Shown here one piece after another: positions 14,361 to 26,955 of a stretch of DNA of 64,000 bases (positions are counted from its first letter, which is position 1; each line of letters starts with the position of its first letter). The notes under the pieces are model-generated. The model searched no databases and was not told the DNA's origin. It was given only the letters and a program-made list of their open reading frames with translations. The stretch is from contig ML978123.1 in assembly GCA_010015805.1 (NCBI GenBank), positions 2,790,001 through 2,854,000 of the forward strand, given 5' to 3'. The position numbers and the translations under genes were made by a program. The stretch comes from Rhizodiscina lignyota (lineage: Eukaryota).

Positions 14361-14593
14361 ACCCGGGTGACAAAATAGTTGAGTCCGCTTCAACTGAGGC
14401 TATAGTAAGAACAACAAGTTTTATTCTTCAGCACGAGTGAGAGCATCTCTAAAAGCTCGATTAAATATATACTAGAGCGTATTTATCTAAAACACGCAGC
14501 GTTAGTGTGTATAATCTATATTAACTAGCGACGGTATACATCCTCGCGGTTCGACACATTACAGCCATAACTCAACTTTTTTGTCACCCACTT
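14361..14593. mobile_element. MITE-like non-autonomous element, copy 2
   Basis: TIRs gggtgacaaaatagttgag (14365) and ctcaacttttttgtcaccc (ends 14589). The sequence (tt)agcaggc is duplicated on both flanks as a candidate TSD. Body homologous to copy 1. Confidence 0.82.
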
Positions 14594-15373
14594 AGCAGGC
14601 TTCGACATGGATGGGTTCATCTGAAATAGGCGACGTCCGCGAACGTGGGACCCGATCGGAAGAGTATAGATCGGGTACAGAGTACAGCGATAGTCAGGAG
14701 CGTAAGCTGGGGAGGTGTGCTGGGATGCCCGCATAAGATTCAACTTTGGCCAGCGTGAAACATGGAGCTTGTATATATTAGCAATAAGGGACGTATTGCA
14801 TATCCAAAGAGAGGGTGTTTATGCAGCACCCAGTGGTACCTTCCGTGTTGATGACGCCGCTGGCGTCATCAACACAGAGTGCATATGTCTATCAGCTTCG
14901 TCTCTCTTACATTTCTCTCTATTTCAATCAACTTGCCAAGAACACCCTCTGGACCTCCGTTGGTGAGTGCTTAACGTATCATGGATAGGAATACCTTGTT
15001 ACACAGATTCAGGCTCCATTCAATTCGAACGCCTTGATACATAACCCGTACCCTCTATTAAGAGGTCTGGCCCTGCCAGAAGGTACAGTTGCACTGACTA
15101 TTTGGGTCCGTATCAATATGGGAAGTTCAGCTACTTCAGGATCTATGTACTTTAGTCTACCAATCTCAACTTACACGCAGCGTATTCCTTGAAAGCACCT
15201 AGCGCCCTTCAACACGCTTCCGAAATTCACAGCACAAGCGCAACCGAAGGTGGAAGATAATAGCGCAGCCCAAAAGAGATATATCAAAAACACCATCACG
15301 ACGGGTGCACTGGCCAGCACTGCACTACAGAGGCGAGTCGCGACACACAACCGAGCATCTCGAAGGGGTTGTG

Positions 15374-15958
15374 ATGGAACATATTGTCGACGAACATGTT
15401 TCACTTAGCAGGACATCAGAAACGGAGGCATCAGGCGAATACGTCGAAGGACACCCGCTAAACAACAAGAGACAATCCGGACCTCTCAAGCCAACAAGCA
15501 TCTCAGCACCGATACATGATCTGCCTCAAGAAATTCGCCAATATGTATTCGAACTGGCTCTGGAAGCGTCAACTCCACGACCGCGCATCTTCAGTAAGAA
15601 GTTCTCATGGGTGACGAGCTGGATGAACTTCCCGGAACGAAGAGAGTCGCTCGAGGAGGCCTGGGGACTAGCCGAGCGTACATTGGGGGGAAATACGCTG
15701 CGGTCCCTCGCGTCCGTCTGCCAACAGTGGCGAAGAGAGATGGAGTGGGTCTGCGCATGTCGCGTGCGCGAGACAGAGATGTGGAGCCGTACAGAATATT
15801 TCGAGATACTCGGACCAGAGACTGTGAACTGGTGGGTCACCAGAGGGGAGACTCAATGGGCAAAGAGGCTCCAGATTATACTCGCATATGAAGCGAAGAG
15901 GAGGACGACCAGGTATCGAGATCGGAACCAGGACCAACTGCCAGATGTCGTGGCTTAA
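15374..15958 (+). CDS. Hypothetical protein with an F-box-like motif
   Basis: Open frame containing PIHDLPQEIRQYVFELAL and LRSLASVCQQWR, resembling a split F-box signature. Start codon uncertain. Confidence 0.5.
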   Translation: MEHIVDEHVSLSRTSETEASGEYVEGHPLNNKRQSGPLKPTSISAPIHDLPQEIRQYVFELALEASTPRPRIFSKKFSWVTSWMNFPERRESLEEAWGLAERTLGGNTLRSLASVCQQWRREMEWVCACRVRETEMWSRTEYFEILGPETVNWWVTRGETQWAKRLQIILAYEAKRRTTRYRDRNQDQLPDVVA

Positions 15959-16121
15959 GGTTGGCGAAAGCAGTATGTGACGACAGTTCAGATGCATTTT
16001 GCTCAATATGCAGGACGGCTCACGAGACATAACGCCTGGAGCGGAAGCTGCCTGCAATAGTGATGAGCCACATGCGTGGCCGTGATTGGGCGTTCTTGGA
16101 TAGTTGGATTGCGCAGACTAG

Positions 16122-17857
16122 TCAAGATCGGCCAAATTTGAAGAGCTTTCCTGCTACCTCATCCCACTCATCATCCCATCTTATAGCGCTTTCTTTCGAT
16201 GCTCCTTCACGTAGTTTTTGAAGCTGCTTTCCATCGCCCTCGAGAACCTCTTGCAGGAGCCTTGTCAGCTCCTCCGCACTTCCGAAACCCCTTCCATTTA
16301 TGCCCTCCCTGACAAGCTCCGGCCACGCCTCGAATTTTCCCCAACCCAGGACGGGCAACCCCGCGCCGAACATATCGACAACTTTCATTGGCAGGTCGAC
16401 TCCCGAACTGGACTTGTGAAGAGAAATGCCAATGTCTGCGGCACCCAGCAGAGACGCGTAGTCTTCTGTACTAAGCCATGCGGTTGAGATCAACATACGG
16501 TCAAGTTTCTTTTCCTGGTTGAGTGACTGAATCTTATCCAGGTAGTATTCTTTCTGGGGACCCTTTCCAGTTATGATGACTAAAAGATTCGGGAGGCTCT
16601 GTCGCTCACGCGCAGAAGACGAATATGCTTGTAGTGCATCGAGAAGGAGGCCAAAATCCTCGTCCGCAGTCCAGGATGTTGAGCTGACAATAAGCTTCCA
16701 ATGTCCAGATTGAATATCTTTCGCGTACTCTTTAGTTTCGGACAGTCGCTCTAAGACCGTTTTCCTCTGTTCGGCCGTCAGAGGCTGAAATTGGGAAGCT
16801 GGCCTGTCGTGGAGCGTGGTGGCTTTGATATTGAAAGTTGATTGGAGCATACGCGCCATAGCATTGGAAACCGTAAAGTGCGTATCCGCTCTCTGGGAGA
16901 AGCTTCGTTCGTAGAATTTCGAAATGCGTACGAATGGATGACGAGGCCCAAGTTTGAGAGCCAGGATAGAATAGCCAAAATTGTGCCAGTCGATAATTAG
17001 CTTTGTACAGCGAAAGAAACATATCCACTGAGCAATAGCTAGAGTGGGGATGGAGGGTGGATTCTAAGTTCCCATCAGCGTGCAAAGTCCGAATGTTTAG
17101 TGCATGCCAGGGAGAGCACTGAAAAGCGATGCAGTCATGAGGCCCAAAACTTTTCAGGGCTACGTTGTTTGGTAGTAGTTGCGAAAATGAATGATGATGT
17201 ATGGTGGGAATTGACACAGAAGCCAGGAGCGGGCTACATAACAGTCTTCACAGCCGGCTGTTCGAATGCGGATCTGGATTTAGCTTACCTGTACAAGCAT
17301 CCATTTGGCAGGTTTGGTGCCATAACCCAAGATATGATACAGTGTCCAGATTTGCCAAAGGATTTTGAGCGGTGCAGTGAAGAGGAAAAGTATTTTGCTA
17401 TTCGTCTGTAACGCTGACGGTGTTGGGACAAGAGGTACAATAGTAATGTTTTTATTCGATGAAACTTCGGGATGCAATTCAGATTCTGAGCCAGAAATGA
17501 GCGCTTGAATTGAAGAAAGTGACCATCCGTCCTACCGTGAAACCCAATCAGATCGACCTTTCCGCCATGTTTCGCGAAGCTAATAGCATGATATTGCATT
17601 CGTGGGCTCCGGCCAATGTCTCCAAGGACAACAACCTGTAGCGTCTTCTGTGGTTCCGGAGATCGAGATAATCTATCTCTCGTCTGATTTGCAAACTTCG
17701 CATCTTCGTCCGTCTCCCCTGCTTGAGGTCCTTGCGCTTTGACATGGGCAAATGGGTCGTATTGAGAGGGCGCGGTCCATAGGAAGAGGGTGACCAGCGT
17801 TGACAGCGCGAGAGCCACGCCCACAACCCAATTAACGATCTCCGCCGCGTCTGCCAT
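16122..17857 (-). CDS. ALG1: Chitobiosyldiphosphodolichol beta-1,4-mannosyltransferase
   Basis: Motifs [63 protein letters not shown]. Introns 17535-17486 and 17288-17064. Confidence 0.95.
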
Positions 17858-18217
17858 ACTCAGTCGAGAGGAATAGAGAGGTCGATTGTGGCTGGAGGTG
17901 AGGTCAGAAAAGAGTTTGGCCGTCGCATACTTGGCATAGCTCGAGAGCCGCCAAAGCTAGCGACGCGTGAGTCCGTGCTGCAACCCCTGATCGATCTGGG
18001 AAATTCGATGAGCGCGGAAACGAATTGACGCAGAAGGCGCTCCATGGCATGGCTGTTCCGTACAAGCCTCCGACCCGCTGTATCCTGAACGCTTTTGCGG
18101 GGAGCGCTTTGAATCTCTTCAATTGTAAGTTCTTGCCCCGGCGCGCATCACGTCCTCACATACTAAGTTACACTGCTCATGGTAGCTTCCGCAGGATCAA
18201 GTGTCCTTCCCTCGTAG

Positions 18218-21200
18218 ATGGCCACAGTTTTCTCAAGCCAGTTTCAGAATGGGCCGCGAACACAAGTCAAGCTTGGACGGAACGACCCTCACTCTCACCC
18301 ATCGTCTTTCCAATCACGTCCAAAAGAGTACGACTACACCTCACTCGACAGCGACATAAGCGCAAACTCTGCCAACGCACAAAACGGAGAGCACGATCCT
18401 ATATCCCAAAGACAAGCGGCGCAGCTGGGTGCTTTGAACGGCAGCTCAGAGGTTGGCAGACGCTCGTACGGATCAGTCAACGCGCAGATGGCGCGCCCCA
18501 AAGGACGACCTCGAGGCGAGTCGGATCTGGGTCGACCCTCAACCAAACTTGACACTACAACTTACGGTGTGAATGGATATGGCTTTCCGCCTGTGCCCGA
18601 GTCTGGTGGTGTTACACCAATTGGTTCACGGCAAGCTGCTCTTCGATGTGTATGAAATACTTGAGCTGACCTTGTTTTATAGGTCATCTTGGGCCGCTCT
18701 TCCAGAAGCCATGACCGGCCTTCTTATCCCCCTTCCCTACCTGCTCGCTTCCCTCGCGTACTCACCACTCTTTGACGCACATCGGCACGAGGATACCTAT
18801 CCAGGTTCACCATTCGAGGCCACAGCCAAGGACGCCACTCCGCACGCTCACAGGAGCTCGAGCTTGATCCAAACCTGCACGCTCAGCTCAGGGGCGCTAC
18901 TTCTGATTGGTATTTTGGCCAAGTTAAATCCTTCAGAACGAGTTCTTGACAGACGGAAAGCCAGCCTGGCTGCTGCAAGGGCGTCGAAGAAGAACCAGCG
19001 TAGCCTATTGCGCCTGGGATCTCTCACTGTGGTTGCTAGTCGCATCCTCCGTGTTTGTCTGCCTTTCTACGCAGCTTTGAATCTTGGGGGTATTAGAACA
19101 GCACTGTTCTTATTGATTGCTACCGCTTCCGGAATCCCGTGCGATGCCCCAGGGCTGGGGTTTGTGGTGTCCCTAAAAAGCACATGGCAAGCTCTGCAGC
19201 GAAGCCGATTCTGCTGCCTGGTCCTTCTTGCATACACAATTGTCGATGTGATCGGCCTTCAGTCGAGTCTTTCCTCAGCGGCATTAGTACAAGGATACTT
19301 GGCTCTAGGCACATCGATTCTCCTTCTTCCTCTGCCACTCCCCACAATAACCGGGCCTCGCACCGCATCCAGCTCTTCGACTTCTACTGCTCCTTCTACT
19401 CCGTGGGAGTCACCTGTCACGCCGAGGGTATTCAATCCAAATTCAACTTCACCGTTGATATCATCGGCTAGCGATGCCAATTTGACGATAATGTCGGGAA
19501 CGGTGCTCACTGCCCTTACAATACTCCTCTCAATGTTTCTCCAGATATCGCCGCCTATCTCCTTCAAAGCGATGATGGGATCGACCAGCTCCATGGCTTC
19601 ACTGGCGATTCTTATCTTTCTCTCCCAACCGATGTGGACCCGCAAAAATCGAGAGCTTGGTACAGCTCTAGGTTGCGGCATCGTCATCGCCTTTGGTCTC
19701 TTTGAATACTTTGATTGGAGACGTATTGCTGTTGCTGGGATTTTGTCAATCCTAGGCTTCGGCGCTGTGGTCTTGGATACTCGTTCACATCCACAATTCA
19801 AGAGGCCAGGTCTTGGAAAACAAAGAGCACATAGTTATCCCGCATCGGCCAATCATTCCTTTGTGACAACGTTTATATTACAGTTCCTATCCCCTGGGTC
19901 CATACTGTACAGTATCATGATGGAGAAGGACTCTAGGAGGATTGCTTATTTTGCATGGTTGGTAGGACCCGATTCTATCAGTTGATGTGATCACTAACGC
20001 GAAGAAACCTACAGTCTCAACCTGGCGTTTATGCTAGTTCAGTTCTTTTACGGCTTCGTGAGCGGCTCCCTTGGCCTTTTGACTGATAGCATTCATATGC
20101 TCTTCGATTGTGCAGGATTAGCAGTTGGCTTAGCTGCGGCGGTCATGAGTAAGTGGCCGCCATCCTTGAATTTTCCGTACGGTTATGGCAAAATAGACAC
20201 GTTGTCTGGTTTTGCCAACGGAATCTTCTTGATGTAAGTCAGAATGGATTTCCCGCTTGACAGCTCGATTTCATTAACAAAGATTACAGCCTCGTCAGCG
20301 TTGAAATCGTCTTCGACGCGGTTCACAGACTTCGTGAGGGTCACGAACTCCACCGTCTTAATGAGCTGCTCCTGGTCAGCATTCTCGGCTTTCTGGTCAA
20401 TATTGTCGGCCTCACAGCATTCGGACACGCTCACCATGGTCACGATCATGGCCACGGTCATTCCCACAGTCATACTGCCGATTCTCATGAAATCGACTTG
20501 GATTCCAATATCTCGCCGAAAACGCTCCTCGGCCCTCCAACGTCTTCATCGAGTCCTTCAAACCCCCTTTCTGCTAGCACGCTTTCTCCCCAAGCGCTTG
20601 CTCCACCACCTCACTCTCACCATGCTCACGAAAACGAAAACATGCAGGGCATCTTCCTGCATATCCTCGCTGATGCCCTCGGTTCTGTTTCAGTCATCAT
20701 CTCCACACTTCTCACTCAGTATACCGGCTGGCATGGCTGGGATCCATTAGCTTCTTGTCTCATTTCCATCCTCATATTTGCGAGCGCCGTACCACTGGTC
20801 AAAGGTGCAGGCATGAAACTCTTGCTCTTGTTGCCCGATGAGGTGGAGTACGCAATTCGTGCAACACTTGGGGAGCTGGGTGGCATGAGGGGTGTAGCAG
20901 GATATGGAGGATGTCGCTTTTGGATGGCCGAGACAGTGGGCGAAGAGCACAAACATTCTCATGATCACTCTCATTCCCACTCACACGATCATGGACACGG
21001 ACAGGGGATGGATGATTGCCATCATCACGATCACTCTCACGGACGTGGACATAGTCACGAGCACGGGCCAGAGCAGACTGTGCTTGGCGTAATCCATGTC
21101 ATTGCTTCTCGCTCTGCAGATATGGAGGATGTGCGCGAGCGCGTGGTGCAGCTCCTGAAAGGACGAGGGATGAACGTCGTTGTTCACGTAGATCGTGAGG

Positions 21201-21244
21201 GGGACGGATATTGCTGGTGTGGCGTTGGTTCAAGGACAGGCTAA
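18218..21244 (+). CDS. MSC2: CDF-family ER/Golgi zinc transporter (Msc2/Cis4/ZnT5-like)
   Basis: Long hydrophobic N-terminal region, then SLGLLTDSIHMLFDC, YGYGKIDTLSGFANG, His-rich loops and NMQGIFLHILADALGSV. Introns 18631-18682 (GC-AG), 19958-20014 and 20234-20289. Confidence 0.9.
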
Positions 21245-21699
21245 ACTTTCTGCAACTTTCATTGTCCCTTGTTAGGGATTCATATTTGCATCTACATTCG
21301 GCTGGCGAGGGCAAGCATATAGACGATTGATGAATTTCCCTTTCATTACAGGGAGATTCTTGAGAATTTCCATTTGAGGAATGTATACATATATCTGATA
21401 ATGTGTTTATATCACTGGCCTACTTAACCATATTCTTCTCGATATGAAAATACCACTTGAGTCCTGAATGACAGTCGTGAAGTTTCTGAGTTCAAGCGTT
21501 TAACATCCGTCGATGCACGGACCATCAAACTTTGCGCAACACCAATTATCTGTTCTGACTCAAGCAATTCGTATTTTTGACTCACTTGTACCTTTTCTAC
21601 CGCACAATTCGAGTGTGAGGAATCCTCCTCTAAATTATAGACTTCTCTCAATCTCGAGCAAGGACCAAAAGCGCGACGGTCTGCGCTTCTCCAGTCGCA

Positions 21700-22997
21700 A
21701 TGGCAGACGACATGGCTGCGGCTGAGCGAATAGCTCTCATAAACAAGAACCTACAGGAAGTTTTGAACCCCGAGATAATAGAAGATATCATTGTTAAACA
21801 GAACCGATCGTTGGTCGTCTACTGGGGTATGTAGAATGCGCAAAACGGCCAAAACGGCTAAGGAGCACATGAACTAATTGAAGATGCTACTCAGGTACCG
21901 CAACAACAGGCCGACCACACTGTGGCTACTTCGTCCCTTGCCTCAAGATCGCTGAACTCCTCCGCGCCGGTTGCACCGTCAAAATCCTCCTCGCCGATGT
22001 ACACGGCTTCCTCGACAACCTGAAAGCCCCAATCGAGCTTGTAAAGTTCCGCGCCGAATACTACAAATATGTTATTACCTCACTGCTCAAGGCAGTCAAT
22101 GTCCCTATTGACAAGCTCGAGTTCGTATTGGGCAGCAGCTACCAGCTCACTTCGGAGTACACAATGGACTTGTTCAGACTGTCAACTGTGGTGACGGAGC
22201 ATGATGCGAAGAAGGCGGGCGCGGAGGTGGTGAAGCAGGTGGAGAACGCGACGCTGAGTGGGCTAATTTACCCGCTGATGCAGAGTCTGGATGAGGAGTA
22301 CTTGAAAGTGGATGCACAGTTCGGAGGCGTGGACCAGAGGAAGATATTTGCGCTGGCTAAGGAAGTCCTACCGAGGATTGGCTACAAAGAACGTGCGCAC
22401 CTGATGAACCCCATGGTACCTGGTTTACAAGGAGGAAAGATGTCGGCGAGCGATCCAGACAGCAAGATCGACCTACTGGACGAGCCGGATATCGTAAGGC
22501 GGAAGCTGAAAAAGGCATTTGCGCCGCCACTAGAAGTGGAGGGAAACGGCGTGCTGAGTTTCGTTGAATACGTCCTTCTACCAGCAGGTGTACTCAGACA
22601 TGGCAGTCCAAGGTTCAAAGTGGAGAGAAGGGAAGGCGAGCCCTTGGTGTACACAGACATCAAGAAGATGCAAGAGGATTACAAGGCTGACATTCTCTCA
22701 CCGCAACTCCTGAAACCGGCAGTCACATCAGCGCTCATCGAAATCCTGGAGCCAATATTAGAAGACTTCAAAAAATCGCCCGAGTGGCAAGATATTGAGA
22801 AGAAGGCCTACCCACCACCGCCAACTGACGAGAAGAAAAAGAAGAAGGAAAAGAAGGACAAGGGCTCCCGCTACCCTGGTGCTCCGAAACAGGTGGAAGC
22901 ACAGCCAGATGGAAGTGTTCATGGTAACGGCAGTGCCGAGGTGAACGTGGGCAAGGATGTGAAGGATGCCATGGAGAATTTGAGTGTGGCCAACTAG
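21700..22997 (+). CDS. TYS1: Cytosolic tyrosyl-tRNA synthetase
   Basis: YWGTATTGRPHCGY (HIGH-type motif, split by intron 21827-21894), ILLADVHGFLDN, YPLMQSLDEEYL, QFGGVDQRKIF, KMSAS. Confidence 0.96.
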
Positions 22998-24342
22998 TGA
23001 AGGGCAGCGCATTTCTGCTGTGGAGATTCCTTAGATGTGGTGTTCGTGATGTGGTTATCAATGTGCATCATGGCGGAGACGGCGTTCTCTTGGGCAGCAT
23101 TTCAGCGGCTCGCGCTACCTGGGCTGAAGACATGCCTGTTTGGCCTGCTTGATGGCCTTCTCAAGTTCACTTTTGCCAAGGCATAGATCGTAGAGATGAC
23201 CTCGAAGCCAATAGTACTCAAACTGAATCCGATGGGAGCAACATCAAGAGAGCACTCCCATGAGACTCGTACGCATCTTGAACGAAGCAAACAACCTCTT
23301 CCTCGCCCTCGAATTCACTAATAGCTAAGCTGTCTAGCTGTGACCAACCACTCCCTTTACTCTCTTTCAACAGCTCGCGCAATGCATAGGAGGCTGTCAT
23401 GTCTTTAGCGACCCTTCCCGCCGCCCCATTAGATCTAAGTTCTAAATCCACAGCAAATCCAATAGTGTCCCTCTCCCCATCTCGACTGCAGTATCTGAGG
23501 CATAGTATCGATTTCTCCAGCTGTCTTTCTCCGCTGCTCAGACACTTATCCGTGGAATGTCGTTCGAGCTGCGCCAGGCTTCCTTCTACGCGCGCACTGT
23601 GGTACTAAAAGCGTAGTACTTACCCCGAGCAATTCCTTTCCGACCAGGTAAGTACACAGCATCTGTCGCTACAGCAAGACCCCGTTTCGTCGGGCCAAGG
23701 CACCTAACCTAGATCTAGGGCCTATGTACCCAAACCTAGGTAGGTTAAGTGATTAAAGCTGGGTGATGTGCTCCGGCAAAATTATTTCCCTTCGTAACTA
23801 TTGACCCTCCGCATATGACGATCAACTTTCAACTTTCATGTCTATTGCACGGTCTTGTTAGGTAATTGTACCTCTCCACATCTCGGAGCAAAGAGATCCT
23901 ACATTAGAGCCTTCTATTTCGTATTGATCGATGGTTGTGCCCCTCAATTGGGAGATCAGCGTGGTTTCTTGCTCAGAAGCTGGATAAAGCCTCCGACCTC
24001 CTCACTCGCCAGAGCATCCCCGCAGCACGAAGACGAAGTATGTTCAGTTACGGCGCACGTTGCACTGAACAACCTACAATACCACCCTAGGATCAATGTT
24101 GCCATGCATTAGCAATACTTCCGATTTGAGGCGCTGCGGAGCAAGTCTGCCTGCCTCGTTTTAGCGATCAAGTAGGGTGTTATGAATCAGCCCATTGTTC
24201 CCAAGGAGTTCGTTTTCGTCTCATGCTCTTAACTTTTATATTCCCGATGGCCCACTTCTTTTATGATGACCTGTCTTTTCTTCTACAGGACAAATATCTG
24301 GTGGAGGCCGAGTAGCAGCTTCCTCAAAAGACTGGTTGCAAG

Positions 24343-25878
24343 ATGGTCTGGATTCTGAGTGCCATCACGCTTCTCCTGGCATCTGTTGTTTCGGCGGACA
24401 GCAGTTCCATATCGATCCCAGCCAAAAGTTCTCCACCAGCATCTGCTTCCACAGTTCTTGCTCGCAATTTCCTTTCCTTTTCTGTGGAGTTTGCATTTTG
24501 GGCAGACTTTGCGGGAAATAAGTCTCATCCGAACGAGTTCTCGAACAATCTCTTTGCCAACCTCCGTGCAGAATCGGGGGGCGAGCCAATTATCAGAATC
24601 GGAGGCAACACGCAAGACCATGTCACATATGTTGCGGATCAAGAGCAGGGTATCATTAACATTTTCAACTACGCGTACAATCTTGACCAGCCCCAGAATT
24701 CGTCGATCGGTCCTAAGTTTTGGGAATCATTCAACACTCTAGACGGCCTGCAATACATATTTGGGCTGAATTTCTACAAGAATGATTCGACGTATGCTGA
24801 AAACCTCCGCAATGAGGTTAGCCAAAGCATAAAGCAGATTCCAGCCGACAAATTACACCTCTTCGAGATTGGTAACGAGAACGATTACGGCGCCCTGAGC
24901 GGTTTCAGACCACCAGACTGGACACAGTACGACTACGTCTCAGAGTGGCACAATCGCTCACGGCTCCTTGAAATGGTAAATGAAAAGCGTCTCCGCTTCT
25001 TTGCACCATCGTTCTGCTGCTTCAACATCTCGACAAATTACTCCTTCTTCTCACCTCGTACGGTCTGGAACTCCAGCTTTGGGTACGATCGAGACAGATG
25101 GATCAATGAGGTATCTCAACACGGGTATATCTCCTCAACATCCCTTCCAAATACGTTACAAGGCACTTTGATGAACCACACGGGTGTGGAAGTCGGCATT
25201 GCTAATTTCATTTCCCTCAATGACTTCCATCGTGCCAACGGCCGAACCTTCACCATTGGCGAGACGAACAGTATTTCCGGTCAGGGTGCTTTTAACGTTT
25301 CCGATGTCTTTGGAGCCGCGTTGTGGGAGATTGACTACAGTCTGCTAATCGCAGCGAACAACATCTCGAGGATTCATCTGCATCAGGGAACCTCTTATCG
25401 TTACGGTTCTTGGCAGCCCATTGAAGTAAACGGGACTGGGCCACTCACGAAACCTGCGTACTATGGGAACGTATTTGTGGCGAGGTTTTTGGGCAACTCG
25501 GGGGACACGCAGATCGCAAACTTTCCGCTTGAAGGAGAGCACAACGTGGCGTATGCGGCGTACGATGGTGGAAAGCTGGCTAGACTTGCCTTCCTCAATA
25601 TGCTGGAGTACAACGGAACGAGTCAAGGCACGCGGCCAACGACTTGCTTCTCGTTTGAGGCACCGAAGGGATGCGGTAGTGCGAAGTTGACTAGGTTGAC
25701 GGCACCGATGGCTACGAGCAACGATACGATCACGTTTGGTGGCTACGCGTATGACTACAAGTATGCTAAAGGCAAGCCGGTGAAGCTGTTTGAGGCGAAC
25801 GAGAGGATCTCCCCACAGAAGGGAGCGTTCAATGTGGAAGTTGGGGCCAGTGAAGCAGTCATTATCAGTCTGGATTGA
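24343..25878 (+). CDS. Secreted GH79 beta-glucuronidase-like glycoside hydrolase
   Basis: Signal peptide; IRIGGNTQD; acid/base motif FEIGNEND; nucleophile IGETNS; VSDVFGAALW; HQG..YRYGSWQP. Intronless, 511 aa. Confidence 0.88.
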   Translation: MVWILSAITLLLASVVSADSSSISIPAKSSPPASASTVLARNFLSFSVEFAFWADFAGNKSHPNEFSNNLFANLRAESGGEPIIRIGGNTQDHVTYVADQEQGIINIFNYAYNLDQPQNSSIGPKFWESFNTLDGLQYIFGLNFYKNDSTYAENLRNEVSQSIKQIPADKLHLFEIGNENDYGALSGFRPPDWTQYDYVSEWHNRSRLLEMVNEKRLRFFAPSFCCFNISTNYSFFSPRTVWNSSFGYDRDRWINEVSQHGYISSTSLPNTLQGTLMNHTGVEVGIANFISLNDFHRANGRTFTIGETNSISGQGAFNVSDVFGAALWEIDYSLLIAANNISRIHLHQGTSYRYGSWQPIEVNGTGPLTKPAYYGNVFVARFLGNSGDTQIANFPLEGEHNVAYAAYDGGKLARLAFLNMLEYNGTSQGTRPTTCFSFEAPKGCGSAKLTRLTAPMATSNDTITFGGYAYDYKYAKGKPVKLFEANERISPQKGAFNVEVGASEAVIISLD

Positions 25879-26355
25879 TCCTCTTTGAGCAAGGTCACTC
25901 TTGACGCCTCGGCCATAGTCTCAATATCGAGTCAAGTTTAAGTGCACATAGCTAATTGCGGCCATCTAATTGTTTTACATTAGGAGTGTGATGAAGGTGG
26001 CTCCCGCTGTGCTTAAACGACCAGTTGAGCCACAGTTCGATCGAATATGTAAATAATCTAATGCTCGCAAAACTTCACCCAGGTGTATTCCAATGGCATC
26101 TCTAGAACATAGGACCCCAAAAGTACAAATTGTATAGAGTATTAAATTCAGATCAGTTCTTTAGAAACTCCTCTCCTATCCCTTTCAGGGGTACATCTCG
26201 TCCCGAGGTCCACTGACCATCAACCATTCTATTTCACATTCGGCAGTCTTCGGCTCTAATGAGAACTTCTACCATTACACTCTACGCAATGATGTAGTCA
26301 ATCTAATTTCATACGTCCTTTGGACGTCTTCTTAGTATCTCTTCAACCCTCCGCC

Positions 26356-26955
26356 ATGGAACCAAGAACCATCCCCAAAGGCGTCCCTGCGGAGACTCTC
26401 GACCACTTCTCCACGAACTCGCTGGCGTCGCCTACTCTAAAAGACCCAGCCTTCGAGATCCACCCCATGTCCCGCGCCATTACCCACAATGGCCGTGGTC
26501 ATACTCTCACGGGCGGGACATGGAACACGGCGGACACAATCGCCCACCTATTATCCTTCTACCGTCCGTCGCCGTCACCCACAGACCCTACCGGCAGCGA
26601 ACAACACCGCGCAGAAGTGCGGCGCTTCTACACCTTCGGCGGTGGGTTGAATGCACATCCCGATCTGCTGCACGGCGGCGTGATCGCGACCATCTTAGAC
26701 AGCACGATGGGAAATGTCATCGGATTTGCGGTGCCCGAAGCGAGAAGAAGTGGGATGTTCACGGTGCAGTTGAACGTCACATATGAGAAGCCTGTGCGGA
26801 CACCTGGGACTGTGATGGTTAGAGCATGGGTGAAGACTATACAGGATGGTGGGAGGAAGGTGTGGGTTGAGGGCGTTGTCGAGGGCGAAGGAGTGAGACA
26901 TGCGAGAGCAGAGGGAATGTGGTTGAGGGCGAAGGGGAAGGACAATAAGCTGTGA
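26356..26955 (+). CDS. HotDog-fold (PaaI-like) thioesterase
   Basis: GLNAHPDLLHGGVIATILDSTMG, FTVQLNVTYEKPV, GRKVWVEG. ATG in gccATGg context at 26356. Confidence 0.88.
   Translation: MEPRTIPKGVPAETLDHFSTNSLASPTLKDPAFEIHPMSRAITHNGRGHTLTGGTWNTADTIAHLLSFYRPSPSPTDPTGSEQHRAEVRRFYTFGGGLNAHPDLLHGGVIATILDSTMGNVIGFAVPEARRSGMFTVQLNVTYEKPVRTPGTVMVRAWVKTIQDGGRKVWVEGVVEGEGVRHARAEGMWLRAKGKDNKL

Noticed and set aside
23218..23603. Open minus-strand frame downstream of TyrRS
   Set aside because: No recognisable domain, and no convincing start or upstream exon.
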